NCBI RefSeq assembly: GCF_006345805.1
Contig: NC_042998.1
Coordinates: forward strand, 71,734,001-71,798,000
Source: Octopus sinensis
Taxonomy: Eukaryota
Direction of reading: 5' to 3'
DNA length: 64,000 bases
Under the pieces are notes generated by a model. The model was not told where the DNA came from. It worked only from the letters and a program-made list of their open reading frames with translations, and made no database searches. Made by a program: the position numbers and the translations under genes. This document shows, in pieces, positions 12,035 through 24,929 of this stretch. Position 1 is the stretch's first letter. Every line of letters begins with the position of its first letter.

Positions 12035-12364
12035 GTATGCATACGTTGTGATTCTTTAAGAAAACAACCTTCTTGTCTATACTAATTTTTTAAACGGCAA
12101 GCTTGTATGCTTTTACGTCCAAAACACCTTTCTCATTCGATAAATATTAATGATTAAATCCGTAAGAGAACCGAATAAGTGGTTAACCCTCTCAATATAA
12201 TAACCTGTCGTCTAATTGCCGTAGTGTAATTACTGTAACCGTTAACAGAATATATTTACATATATGCACGCACACGCACGGACACACACACACAAATACT
12301 CAAAGACACACACACACACGCGCTGATGCAAATATGCATGCGTGTATATATATATATATATATA

Positions 12365-12420
<56 letters not shown>

Positions 12421-14254
12421 ATTTATATATTTATATACATACATACACTACATACATTCACATATGCACATCCATATATTTATAATGCATTGATTTTGAA
12501 GTCTTATAATGTAATGTACTGCGTGTAGAATGTCTACTATATATTCATTACGAGCACAAAAACATTGTCATCCGAATATATTATTCTGTTTGACCTGATT
12601 ACTGTAGGTCTTCCTGAAAAGGATATAACCATATTAGTCTACCCTTCAGACTAAGAGATAAGGGGAAATCGATTTTCTTTCAATGCATATACTACTCACA
12701 TTACATGTATAGTTTTCTTTATTGAAAGACAAGCTTCATATTTTAAGAGGTAATATGTTCAAGAAAGAAATCGAATTTATAAACAAATGCAAAGCTTGTT
12801 CACAATGCTCACCTGCGTATAATACTGGATAAGTTATTTGTCATATTTTTTATTTTATATATATTCTTTTGTACGAAGAATTGACTATCGAATTTTTGTC
12901 TGAAAAAAATGGGGGAAAAACAAAATTAAAGCAAAATCGAAAGTTATACGCCTGTTTCGGTGAAAGTCTTTCGCCTATAAGTATATGCCAATGTCACTTT
13001 GAGAATTCACAGAATATTGATTCTAAACGTCTGCTAGTTTTTTCTTGACTTTTTCAAATTTCTCCGGATAAACATAACTTGAAAAAACTACTGATGTAGA
13101 TGCAGATGTATGGGGCAACATCAATAACATCACATTGAAAAAAATTCTAACACCCACATACATACGTATATGAACATATTTCTTCAATCAATATTCTGTC
13201 GATGTGAAGTATGTGTAATTGCATGTTTCTATGTTGTATGGGAAACGGTAATACCACCCACTGTGACTCTAACTACAGAGCATTTATCAAAGTCAGTTCT
13301 GATATGAATAAGCTTTTCGGTATTGACATATTGAATGTATCACAATGAAACCCAAAACTGATTTATATATCTGAGCCGGCCAACACCAAGCAGAATTTCT
13401 TAATATCACAGACCATATTTTGCAGCAATTTGAAATAGTAGCGAGATAAATTGGTTCTTTCTGTAATATCATTTCAATAAGTGGCCGGAGAATTCACCTT
13501 CTAAAACATATTCGACTGAATTTGGGCAGACTGATCACCACTTATGATGAATTAATAGATTTAACTTGGTATACTCTGTATTAAGGCCTTCAATATATAT
13601 CCTAGCAAACCTATACTTGAGATATTTCTGACGAGGGTCGATAAAACAGTAACGTAGATTTCTATATAAAATGTCAATAATACCACATTTATAGGACACA
13701 ATAAATACTAAGTTGTAAAGTGATAAAATATTGTTATATGCAAGCCGTTTATCTTTTGGTATCGTAATTGTAAAACTATTAAGAATTCGGGCATAGTTTT
13801 ATTACAATGAAGTAATGGTGGTTTCTTGAAGGCGTTCTCTTTGCAGATACATTGCTTTGGGTTCCATCCCACACAGAAGGAACAAACCGAAGAGTTACTG
13901 TAACTTAGTTGACAGTGAAAAAGATTTATGATCTTGGGTAAAAGTTTAATTTCGCTTTAACGTGACTGAGTGAGTTCTGCTATTTTGAAGAGGTGTACAT
14001 GCATCTGGTATTATCGAAATGAATTCTCTTATCAAAGATAACTCCTTCTTTGAGATTTTTAAGCATAAAGAGAAGAGCAACATGATTAACAATAGACTGG
14101 ACCTTAGGGTATCATGCGTACATAGTGTCACTCGTACATTTAAACATTTTCGAAATTAACGCTTTATAGGTGCTGTGCTTGAACTAAATTGATGGAAACC
14201 TTTTATATTTTAGCGAGATAGATCTGAATATTCTTATGCTCTGATTTGAAATAT

Positions 14255-14341
<87 letters not shown>

Positions 14342-14939
14342 CATATATATATATGTATGTATGTATATAATAAATGTAGGTGATATTCTTTTACATGAGG
14401 AATTTACTACCTTGCGTATAGGATAAGCTATACAGTATAGTAAGTTAGAGTGATATATGTAGTTGTCTTAGCAATATTCCTGCCTAGTTAGTATAACTTC
14501 ATCAAGGTTTTAGTAATTAATCTTTTTATCCCTTTCTATAGTGTTCCATCATCCTGATCATATTATTTAATATTTATAAATTTCTTTAAGGAAGTAGCCC
14601 TCCTAGTTAAGTACCCCAAATGAAACTATGTTATCACGTATAGATTAACATTGGTAACTTTTAAAACTTATATTATATCTCTTAGTTTATAATTAATATA
14701 TTGTTAGTGTGTTCTACGGCTTCCATTAGTTAATATCAGATATCAGTCTTTATAGATGACCCATAATAAATAAATTATTTACTTTTAAATGATTGAATTA
14801 ATAAATAATTTCTTTATAATCTCTTAGATATTATAGAGACATGAATATTGTTTTCCAGAATAACAAAATAATCTGCTATGAGTCGAGTATTATATTTCTG
14901 AAGATGTACAATCTACATTGTAGCAAGCTGTAATTAAAC

Positions 14940-15215
14940 TCTTTTATTCGTTCCAGTCACTTGACAGAGGCCGTGTTGGAGCACCGACTTGGCTGGAATT
15001 TAGTCGAACAAATTGATTCCAGAACATATTTCTTAAACCTGGTACTTATTCTGTCCTATCCTTTTGCTGACCAGCTAAGCTGTGGGCACGTAAAGACACT
15101 AACACCTGTTGTCAAGTGGCAATGAGGGGACAAACATAGGCACAAAGGCACACATACATAGATACACATACACACACGCGCACACACATTTATTTATGAG
15201 GGGCTTCTTTCAATT
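14940..15215 (-). mobile_element. 3' body fragment of the octopus SINE family whose head is at 9046
   Basis: CTCTTTT..CAGTCA.TTGAC..GGCC.TG.TGGAGCACCG...TAGTCGA.CAAAT.GA..CCAG...GGTACTTATTCT...GTTGTCAAG...GGGGACAAAC, a pattern I recognise. A short piece recurs at about 59445-59497. Confidence 0.65.
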
Positions 15216-15236
15216 GGCGATGGTGGGGAGTGGAAA

Positions 15237-15237
<1 letters not shown>

Positions 15238-15287
<50 letters not shown>

Positions 15288-15303
15288 CAGCGGCAGCAGC
15301 AGC

Positions 15304-15348
<45 letters not shown>
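15238..15348. repeat. (AGT)n/(AGC)n trinucleotide microsatellite
   Basis: Direct reading; source of the poly-Ser and poly-Tyr ORFs. Confidence 0.95.
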
Positions 15349-15349
<1 letters not shown>

Positions 15350-15863
15350 TGACGAGGAAGAAGATGATGATGAAGATGGTAATGATGAGTTCGATAACAA
15401 AGTGGCTATTTCTAAATTTTATATTAAGTTACATAGTGCAATTATTACCATTATCACACTTCATTCCATTTTGTTATTAGGGTGAATTCATTATTATATT
15501 CTTTTAGTATTAAACGTACAACATTAGTTAACAATTTCAAAAACTGACGCTGTAGTTATTGAATATATAACATTTCTATGTTGCTTAGATGTCTATAATT
15601 TATTATGACCATAATTTCTACCATATAATTCTTATATATATATATATATAACAATGATAAATATCAGAATTAGTTATATACAGTAGCGGTAACACATCGT
15701 GACGTATTTTTGCCATTCCAATATGGCTAACCCCTAAGGGTGGATGCTACTGTAGTTTTTAGCCCCAGGAGGACACACTCCTCCAGCTGGCCATAGACAC
15801 ACTTTCTGTGTCCTGTCAGTATTTGCAAAGGGAAGTCATCCTTCTCGTCTTCAACTTATGATA

Positions 15864-15908
15864 CACACGGACTCGAGTTTCGAGGTATTGACCTCTCGTC
15901 AGCGTGTG
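15864..15908 (-). ncRNA. Canonical type I minimal hammerhead ribozyme
   Basis: CACACG-CTGACGA-GAGG(TCAATA)CCTC-GAA-ACTCGAGT-C-CGTGTG; all stems perfect. Confidence 0.85.
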
Positions 15909-16267
15909 ACAATCATAGTTGTCGCCGAGAATTAGATTCCTTCACAAATACTTATACTTTTCCAGCGTCCACTGTCGCTGATATTGAAAAAGTGAAATCA
16001 ACAATGATAAATATCAGAGTTAGTTATATACAGTAGCGGTAACACATCGTGACGTATTTTTGCCATTTCAATATGGCCCATTTCAATAGGGGTTAGCCAT
16101 ATTGAAATGGCAAAAATACGTCACGATGTGTTACCGCTACTGTATATAACTAACTCTGATATTTATCATTGTTTGATTTCACTTTTTCAATATCAGCGAC
16201 AGTGGACGCTGGAAAAAGTATAAGTATTTGTGAAGGAAATCTAATTCTCGGCGACAACTATGATTGT

Positions 16268-16312
16268 CACACGCTGACGAGAGGTCAATATCTCGAAACT
16301 CGAGTCCGTGTG
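16268..16312 (+). ncRNA. Canonical type I minimal hammerhead ribozyme; predicted cleavage after C16306
   Basis: CACACG-CTGACGA-GAGG(TCAATA)TCTC-GAAA-CTCGAG-TC-CGTGTG; one G.U pair in stem II. Confidence 0.85.
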
Positions 16313-16476
16313 TATCATAAGTTGAAGACGGGAAGGATGACTTCCCTTTGCAAATACTGACAGGACACAGAAAGTGTGTCTATGGCCAGCTGGAGGAGTG
16401 TGTCCTCCTGGGGCTAAAAACTACAGTAGCATCCACCCTTAGGGGTTAGCCATATTGAAATGGCAAAAATACGTCA

Positions 16477-16511
<35 letters not shown>

Positions 16512-18282
16512 TGCTGTCTTCAGTATAAGCCGCACGATACTATTCATTAAAGCAAGTTTAAAATAAAATTGATCTCTAAACTAGGTATTTAACATAACGT
16601 GTCAAAGCAGCGTGTCATATTGGAAATGTTTCGCTTACTTATAATCGCCTTTCACTCTAGACTGAAGTTTGGCTAAAACCGGTATAGTGTCTAAAGACAT
16701 AGTTTCGAATATTATGTTCAATTACAAGAGATAAAATGCTAAATAAACATCGTATTATACTTAAATTCTTTAATAATATCTTATTATATATACATACCTA
16801 CTCGCGCGCGCACATACATACACACACACAAACACACATTCACATACACATTTGTGTAGGAGTGTACTATTTAATAAAAAGTTTGATTCAGCTCCATAAT
16901 ATAACCCTGATACCAACACTTACTATGCTGGATTAATTTATTCGCAGTTTTGTATTTTATATGGGCGGCGTAACATGTGTGCAGAATAACAAATTCTTTT
17001 ATTCCTGGTTTAATGCTCATTAATTCGCATTAGCTGATGTGTGTGTATGTGCGTGTGTATAATATCATATAATTACATGAAAATACATTGATGTCTTCAT
17101 TACATTAACATCGCTTTTGCTTAATTTACTTAAAACTCTGGCAGTATTGATAGTATGTTTGATAAATGTCATGATCGAGTAGTCGACTCAATATGTGCTT
17201 GATTAAATAATGGACTGGACAAAGAATAACAAGGACTATTTTTACTTAGATTCTTTCCATACTTGTATGTTTTCCTTTCATTCCATTAGTCATGCATAAC
17301 TGTCTCATCATTTGCCTCATTTATGTAAAAAAAACAAACAAACACGTTCCCAATTATTAGGATAAAAGTACTTCAATAAATATGAAACTATATCGTGAAA
17401 TGTACTTCACAAGGACGATTAATACCTCCTCGTTTGGCAATCATATAAAAACAGAAGGTTCCATTAATGCAGATTCCATGATGGTCTTATTTCTTTTAAG
17501 ATATGTTAACAATGACATAAGCTTGATACCAATATTTATTATGATGAATTCATTTATGTACAGATATATATTTTATATGGGCGGCTTAACATGTGTACAG
17601 AGTAACAAATCCTTTTATTCGTTGCTTAACGGCCATTAATTCGCATTAGCTGATTGTTTATGAGTGTGTATCCTTTTTTCCTTACATCATTCCACAAGAA
17701 TTATTTACGCTCATTCACTGGTCATTTATCACATAGCACAGATCAATATTTTAAATATACATAGTTCTCGGAAATACATAATTATGTCAAAATGAAAAAA
17801 AAAACATCCTCATTCTCAAAGTATGATACAGTGAAACCGATATTTCATCTGGTGCAAGCTGAACGGTGTCAATGTAGGTTGGTTTCCTAATTTGAATTAT
17901 TGCACTGATACATTAGCTGAACTCATCTTTATTATCATTTAACTACAAATACAATCTTTACCCGGGCTTGAACATTAGTATGTACATTCAATTGTCAGGG
18001 CAATATATCAAAATCTACCTCACACAATCGACTCTACCGTGTATTCTGGAGTTCTTAATATAAGTCAACATGTATTTAGAAGTCCTCCAAATGATAACCT
18101 TCATGGGATTTTTTCTAGTTCTATGACATACGCTAATGGTTATCAGTAGTTGATATTTTCGGATTTGCCATGGAATGGCGAAGCTATGTTTTCATTTTCT
18201 GAAAAAGTAACGTTTTGGACATACGGCAATTTTGCATAGTAGCGACGGAATGAATATTCTGTAAGGAATCAGCTGAGACATA

Positions 18283-18288
18283 CTACTA

Positions 18289-18360
<72 letters not shown>

Positions 18361-18453
18361 GACTACTACAACTACTGCTGCTGTTGCTGCTGCTGCTGTT
18401 GCGACTACTACTACTACTACTACTACTACTGCTGCTGCTGCTCTTACTGGTGG

Positions 18454-18500
<47 letters not shown>

Positions 18501-18573
18501 AACTACTACCAATACTACTGCTGCTACTATTACTACTACTACTACTACTGCTACTACTTCTACTACTACTACA
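18283..18573. repeat. Compound (CTA)n/(CTG)n microsatellite
   Basis: Direct reading. Confidence 0.95.
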
Positions 18574-20377
18574 ACAAAAATTATGAACAACGTCATTATG
18601 CATCTGCAATAGCATTAATCACTATTGCGAGGTTTTTAAGATTAACACTACAACAGACAATACACCGATATTTAAGCGATAGGTATAATAAAAAAAGTGT
18701 AGATTAGTAGATTAATTATTTTATATTTACTTTAGCTGTTTTATTACATCACATGTTGTGCATTTACGCCTATCAATTCTTTACTCACGTTCTCAACAAA
18801 TGTTAGACGTGTACATTTTAAAATCACCCGTCCTACAACAACGTGTGTTGGGATTTCGCGAATTAGTTTAGGTGCTTATACAGTTTATATAGTTGCAATT
18901 ATTCAGATATCCTCTCAGCTCACTCACCTTTCCGCCTAGCAGCATATCTAAGATGTGACCACTGAAAGGGGAGCAAAATGCACCAATAATCGATTGGGTG
19001 AATTTATTTTTGTTTTTATAAAAAGTGCACGTTGGTGTAAAAATGATTTCTGAACTAACGTTACTGTTGCCACCGCTACCAGCGGCAGGAAGTAAAATAC
19101 AATAATTACTACCAGAATTTTAATTGTCTTTCAAATTTGTAAATGATTTACGAAAGACATTTTAAGCGTGATGATGATAGTACGTTACATTCTCATATTA
19201 ACAATTGTCAATGAACATGGACTACATATATGTCTCACAAGAGGTAACTACTGCTGTCGTGTCATCTTTCAATCTGTCGACGTAATATTTGCGCTTTGAT
19301 GGCGAATTGAAATATTTCATTTATACTTATAAAAATCTTTAATAGTTATATCTTTTTATTTTTCAAGTTTTATGAAAATGTATGGAAATAGGTGGCATTC
19401 TGACTCGTTCCAAGTGAACGCAATATCTCTAAAACTGTTTCATTTAATAAATATAGTCATCGATTCGGAAAATCTCAAGTGTGTTTTTGACAGTCGGGAA
19501 AAAACACATGGTTATTCGTTATACTTTTAGTGTTCACTACTCTTTGACTTATCAAAGTGGAATTTCTGTAGTGTTAAGTATTGACTTTTACGTCACAGAT
19601 TAGTATTGTAGCTCACACCCAATATTTCAAATCTTTCGTTTCCTTTCCAGAAAATTCAGTTACTTTGAGCAGAGCTTCGATAACATTTATCCACTGCCAC
19701 TGATGGTTTCCACAAAACTTTTCATAGATTTTATCCCAAAAACTTCCTACATCAGCTGTCGAAATATCGTTTATAATTTATTAATAAAATTTATTCCGAA
19801 TGCAACGACACGTAAAAATATGCAAGGAAAAGTTACATACAAGGAAAACTATATGCTAGGGAAAGCTACAGAAACGGATACTCCCATATTTTCTCTCCCG
19901 AATCAAGAGATTCCTGTCAGATCAAGCCAGTTTTAAGCAAAATGATAGTGTTGTATATGATACAATTCACATTATGTATTCAAGATATTTCTCTTATATA
20001 ACATTTCCGATCGGCATGTTGACGCTTCACTGAAAGCGTACACGATCTGAAAGAAATCGTTTTAAACTCAATACCGCTTTTTTTCCGCATAGAAATCATG
20101 AATCTGGAAAATATACATCATTATCTATGATCTATTTTTATGGAACAGGTACCTCTAATTTGTTCTCTAATTGTACAAGACTATTTAGTGTTATTGAGCA
20201 ATAAAACATAATTGCTGTTCATATCAAAAACATAAGTATTACTTCATACATTGTCAAAAATAATGCATTGCCAAAATTATAATTAATGTTAATTTCCACG
20301 ATAACGTCTGATCTGGCAAAATATTTGAAATCACAAGTATCAATTAGTTCCGCATAAAATGTATAAAATGCCCCGCC

Positions 20378-20408
<31 letters not shown>

Positions 20409-20745
20409 CAAATACACACGCGTACGCACACACATATATATTTAATAGATATAATCGGTTGTAAGTTGAAAAATAATATGAACAAATCCTAATCCAAATC
20501 ACATATAAACAACACCAGAAGTTGGCAGCTCTATGACGACTGCTGCATCTGAAAATAGATTTTGATGAGTAAATATTTAAATAGAATTACCATGTAAAAA
20601 TAACAAACATTTCCAACTGTGAAAACAATTATGATAAATGAGAATATTAAATTCACATATGAATAACCAGCAAATCAAATTTTACATTTGCATAAAGGTA
20701 CATTCAATCACTGAATATCACCTTTCTCTTTCTCTTTTCTTTCTT

Positions 20746-20806
<61 letters not shown>

Positions 20807-21841
20807 ACATATGTGTGCTTTTGTGTGTATGCCACATATCTGCATTTACGTTTTGTAAATTTAAGAGAGTGTAGGTTCCTGTTCAATTAGTGGGGAAAAC
20901 ATATGCCGCGAAATAGCGTTAGATATTTAATTATTTACTAGATTGTTAAGGCTTCTCACCTCTTACAATCCGCAAGCTGTCTTTTCTGAAACAGTTTACC
21001 TTCAAGCATAAACTTGTTTATAACAGAAACACAAATTCGCAGTCACGTGCTGCACACACGCACGAATGCGTGTATATATTTCAATGCCAAAATGTATTCC
21101 TATATATAGATTTGTATAGAAACATACCGCTCAGTAAATGCTTTTCACTACTCCTTTTAAAAAGTAAGTTATAATATGATCACTTTATTCTTTTGCTTAT
21201 TCCAGGTTAATTCATTTAGACTAACACATTTTGATCTCAACATCAGTCATAAAATGCGCCCATTAAATCTGGGCACATGAAATACTTGCATTTTCCATTC
21301 TACAAATTGAATATGAAATTGTCTACAGAGGAAAGCATTTTTGGCTACCACTCAGTGGAAGCGAATCGACATAGAGCAGATGGTTTGAATACCCAACATC
21401 CAGAAGATTCCATCTTCTCCCATTGCGCTTGGATTAGTGTGGAAGGTGCTAAACAAGCTCAAAGAAAAAAAAACCCGTGTCTTGGAAAAACTACTTTGGA
21501 CGTGCACCAGTAATGTATGAAGAAACAGAAGGTGTTAACGCCAAAGCCTGTGCTGCATTATGTATCGGGGATGCACGGACAATCTATATATAGTGTGGCG
21601 AAATGTGTACTGGTATATAATTCAACTGCACAATTTGTTAAATGTGCTATGCAAAAGATATAATGTGGAAGTGTTCTGAAGTACCACGTTGTAATTGTGA
21701 CATATCCTCTATAAGGTACATGGTTAAATACATATACATACATACATACACACACACATATATATATATGAAATACATATGTACGTATGCATATATCTAT
21801 CTATCTCTATCATTCTTTCTCTCTCTTTCTCTCCTCTCTCT

Positions 21842-21892
<51 letters not shown>

Positions 21893-21904
21893 TACATATA
21901 TATA

Positions 21905-22104
21905 CAGAAAATAGTCAAGATAGAAATTGCTAAAATAATTTTATCATAAAAAACATTTTAGTACCGGTTCCAGTCATTGAGACTTTTTTGTCTCTAAGTA
22001 TGGAAAACAATTAAATTGTGGGAAAATAAAACGAGAAGTTAAAAAAAAAAATATTTCCATAGTATTCAAATATAAGGGGAATTTTCCTTGTTTTTGCCTG
22101 TGTT

Positions 22105-22149
<45 letters not shown>

Positions 22150-22350
22150 GAAAACAGTCAAGGTAAAAATGCTAAAATAATTTTAGAAAAAACATTTCAG
22201 TAACGTTTTTAGTGATTGAGACATTAAAAGTAGAGTTTTTTAAAATAATATTTGCATAGTTTTCAAATACAAGTAGTATTTTCCTTGTTTCAGCCTGTTT
22301 CTGTCTCTCTTGTTTACTCTTGTGGATTCGCGGTCGTTCCCTTCAAAGCC
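21905..22350 (-). mobile_element. Two head-to-tail copies of a short (TA)n-flanked repeat family (about 21905-22110 and 22148-22350)
   Basis: Both share AGTCAAG.TA.AAAT.GCTAAAATAATTTTA...TCA.TGAGAC...TTTTCCTTGTTT, and both match 53085-53310 in reverse orientation. Confidence 0.65.
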
Positions 22351-24206
22351 TTACACTAACTATCTCTGGACGGGCTTCACACCAGAAAGAGGTTCACTTA
22401 TGAGATTCTTTTATATATGTCACTTCCCCTCCCAAGAGCAAAAACAGCTGAATATCTCAAGTTCATCAAGGGATTTAGTCGCAATATAAAAAGTTGCACA
22501 TTTGTTTATGTTATGACAAAAATTTGAACGACATTTTTGCAACTGGATAATTCTTAATTTCCCGGCTCTTAAAAGCTTCCCACCTCTCAACATGCAGCCG
22601 TTTCTTCTGGTCTCTTGGGAAATGATCATATTCATTGACGGTCTTTCTTCTTTTTTGAATAATTGTAGATCTATATGCAATTGACATTAGGAAAGTGCTT
22701 CAAGCTTTGCGGCTCTATGTCTATTGAGATACATAATATACATTCCAGATAAATTTTCTGTAAATCTAATCTTTTCAATTCCCCCAAGCTCCCGAAATTC
22801 GACCTTTTCAGCAAACGAAGTCACAAGGTAGAGCACTGTCCCTACCAAAATATTCAAATAATGCGTCACATAGATTGTTCCTATATTTACCTGTCTCGGT
22901 ATTCTCAATCTCTTCTTTTGGAAACACGACCGAGTGTGTAATCCACTCCAAAAGAAAGCAACAATTCTGATTAAACCAACTATCTTCCAATTGTTCTCAC
23001 TTCTATATGTCTCTCATATAATGAAGACGGAATTAAAAGCAGTTCTGTGAAATTCCCCTTCCTCATCCTTCTCCTCCCCTCCCATCTCTCTCTCAAATCG
23101 AGAATCACCGAGGATTTATTTTACCACTTACAAACAGTCTCTTTTACTGTAATTCTATGAAAGCAGTTTTGTTGCCCGAGACATCACAACAAATTCAGTG
23201 GTATGTGTCATGCAAATCTCCTACCAGCATGTTTAACCCATCTCCTATTTCGTATGTCGGTAGATTCTTATACGATCTAATCATTGACTACGCTCATTCT
23301 GCTACACTCGTAATGACATTATGTTTTCCTAAGAGTTGTGTTCATCCGCTCTCTTTTTTGTACGCTTCAATGACCACCACACCAAATGACATCTACTCTT
23401 TTGCAAATATCATGGTCCTTCATTCCTTTTATATTGCACCAAATATTTGTCACTGACGCGTAAAGTATTTGGGACACACCAGGTGCACATGCATCTATAA
23501 GCTGATTTCTTGAGGGCCTCATTCATTGGCATCATGTCAGCTCTCTTTCTCTCATTGAAGAAACATAAAACTCAAACAGTCCCCATGTCAAGAAAACAAC
23601 ACCCTAGGAAACATAAACAGTACCCATAACACCAAATTTGCGACCCCATTATAAGCGAAGATCACTGTTAACGGAATTAAAGTCGTACTATAGGTAGGAC
23701 TGCATTCCAAAGACTAGATATTTACTTTAGTGAGTGAAGGGATTTCCGTATGTACAATTAGTGACTTCTACAAGCATTACATGAGGCACACTATACAGCA
23801 ATACTATCAAAACTGGGACGATACTGCCGCTACGTATATATACATTATAGTTCATATCTAGAGAGGTACGGTTGGCACGAATTGTTATGTGTATCCCCTG
23901 GTAAGACTCTAAACATTGCACGTAGCGCTTCATGAAGTGGGGAAATTGTCTGCCACTCCGGAACACTAGTTCGTCTTAAACTGAAATATTCTAAACGCAA
24001 TAATAAGGCCTAGGAAGTGAAACACTCATCGTGTTGATTAGGTTTGACCTGCAGATAACATGGACCGTGCATCCTTTTCCAGTTTAAAATGTTATTCTTT
24101 GTAGTAGATTGCATATACAGTACACTATTTCAAGACGAATAACCCCCAGTGTCTAGTATCCATATGTATGTGTGTATGTATGTATGTATGTATGTATGTA
24201 TGTATG

Positions 24207-24255
<49 letters not shown>

Positions 24256-24929
24256 TACTAATATAGGATGATTTTTTAGGGGTTTTTTTTTACAGAAAAA
24301 AATTCCATCAAAAAATGTGGCAGCATATTAAAATACCTTTACGGTAAAAATTATAAACAACTTATAAATAAGGGCTAAAGAAAATTACTTCAATGCCAAT
24401 ATGCTGATAACAGACTTTTAAATCGTCAATTCCACCTATTATTTACTCGCTACAGAAAAAAAAAACACGAAGAACTGAAATCGGGCAAGCTGGTCGATAG
24501 AACTTTTTTAAAAAGTTCGTTATTTCTATATTGAATCAATTTCGGAATTAATCTCATAAAAGATTCTTTCCTCTTTAGTAGAACATACGAAAGGATATAA
24601 ATAAGATACTTACATGAATCCATGGAAAAAAGCCGAAGCAAAATTCATGAGTACATATAAGTACCCCAGATATATCTAAAAATAAAATTCTTTGGTCAGC
24701 CTCAGCACAACGTGTTGACTGTTCTCCACTACAGGTTATAGTGGTTGTATGTATCTATGCATGCATGTTTGTAATATGTGTTTGTATGTCTGTCTCTCGC
24801 TTGCTCTTTTTTTTCTCTCTCTCTCTCTATTTATCTGCTTGTCTGTCTGTGTAATGTGTTCTATCTCTTTTTGTCTCTGTCTAGCATTATCAGACGCAGT
24901 AGGAAAGGAAACAGCTGTGGTGATGATGC

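Larger units (their letters stand above)
15651..16479. mobile_element. Third HHR-bearing element: about 350-bp unit plus partial repeat, then a near-full inverted copy (16089-16479)
   Basis: ACAATGATAA at 15651 and 16001; GGGGTTAGCC at 16089 and 16442. Arms of about 400 bp are reverse complements. (TA)n on both sides. Confidence 0.85.

Noticed and set aside
9793-16479. CRISPR-like or satellite interpretation of the tandem units
   Set aside because: There is no short repeat with unique spacers and the context is eukaryotic. The units are 350-534 bp with few copies and carry HHR motifs.
23150-23600. Possible RTE C-terminal remnant on the minus strand
   Set aside because: Only vague motif resemblance, with many stops.
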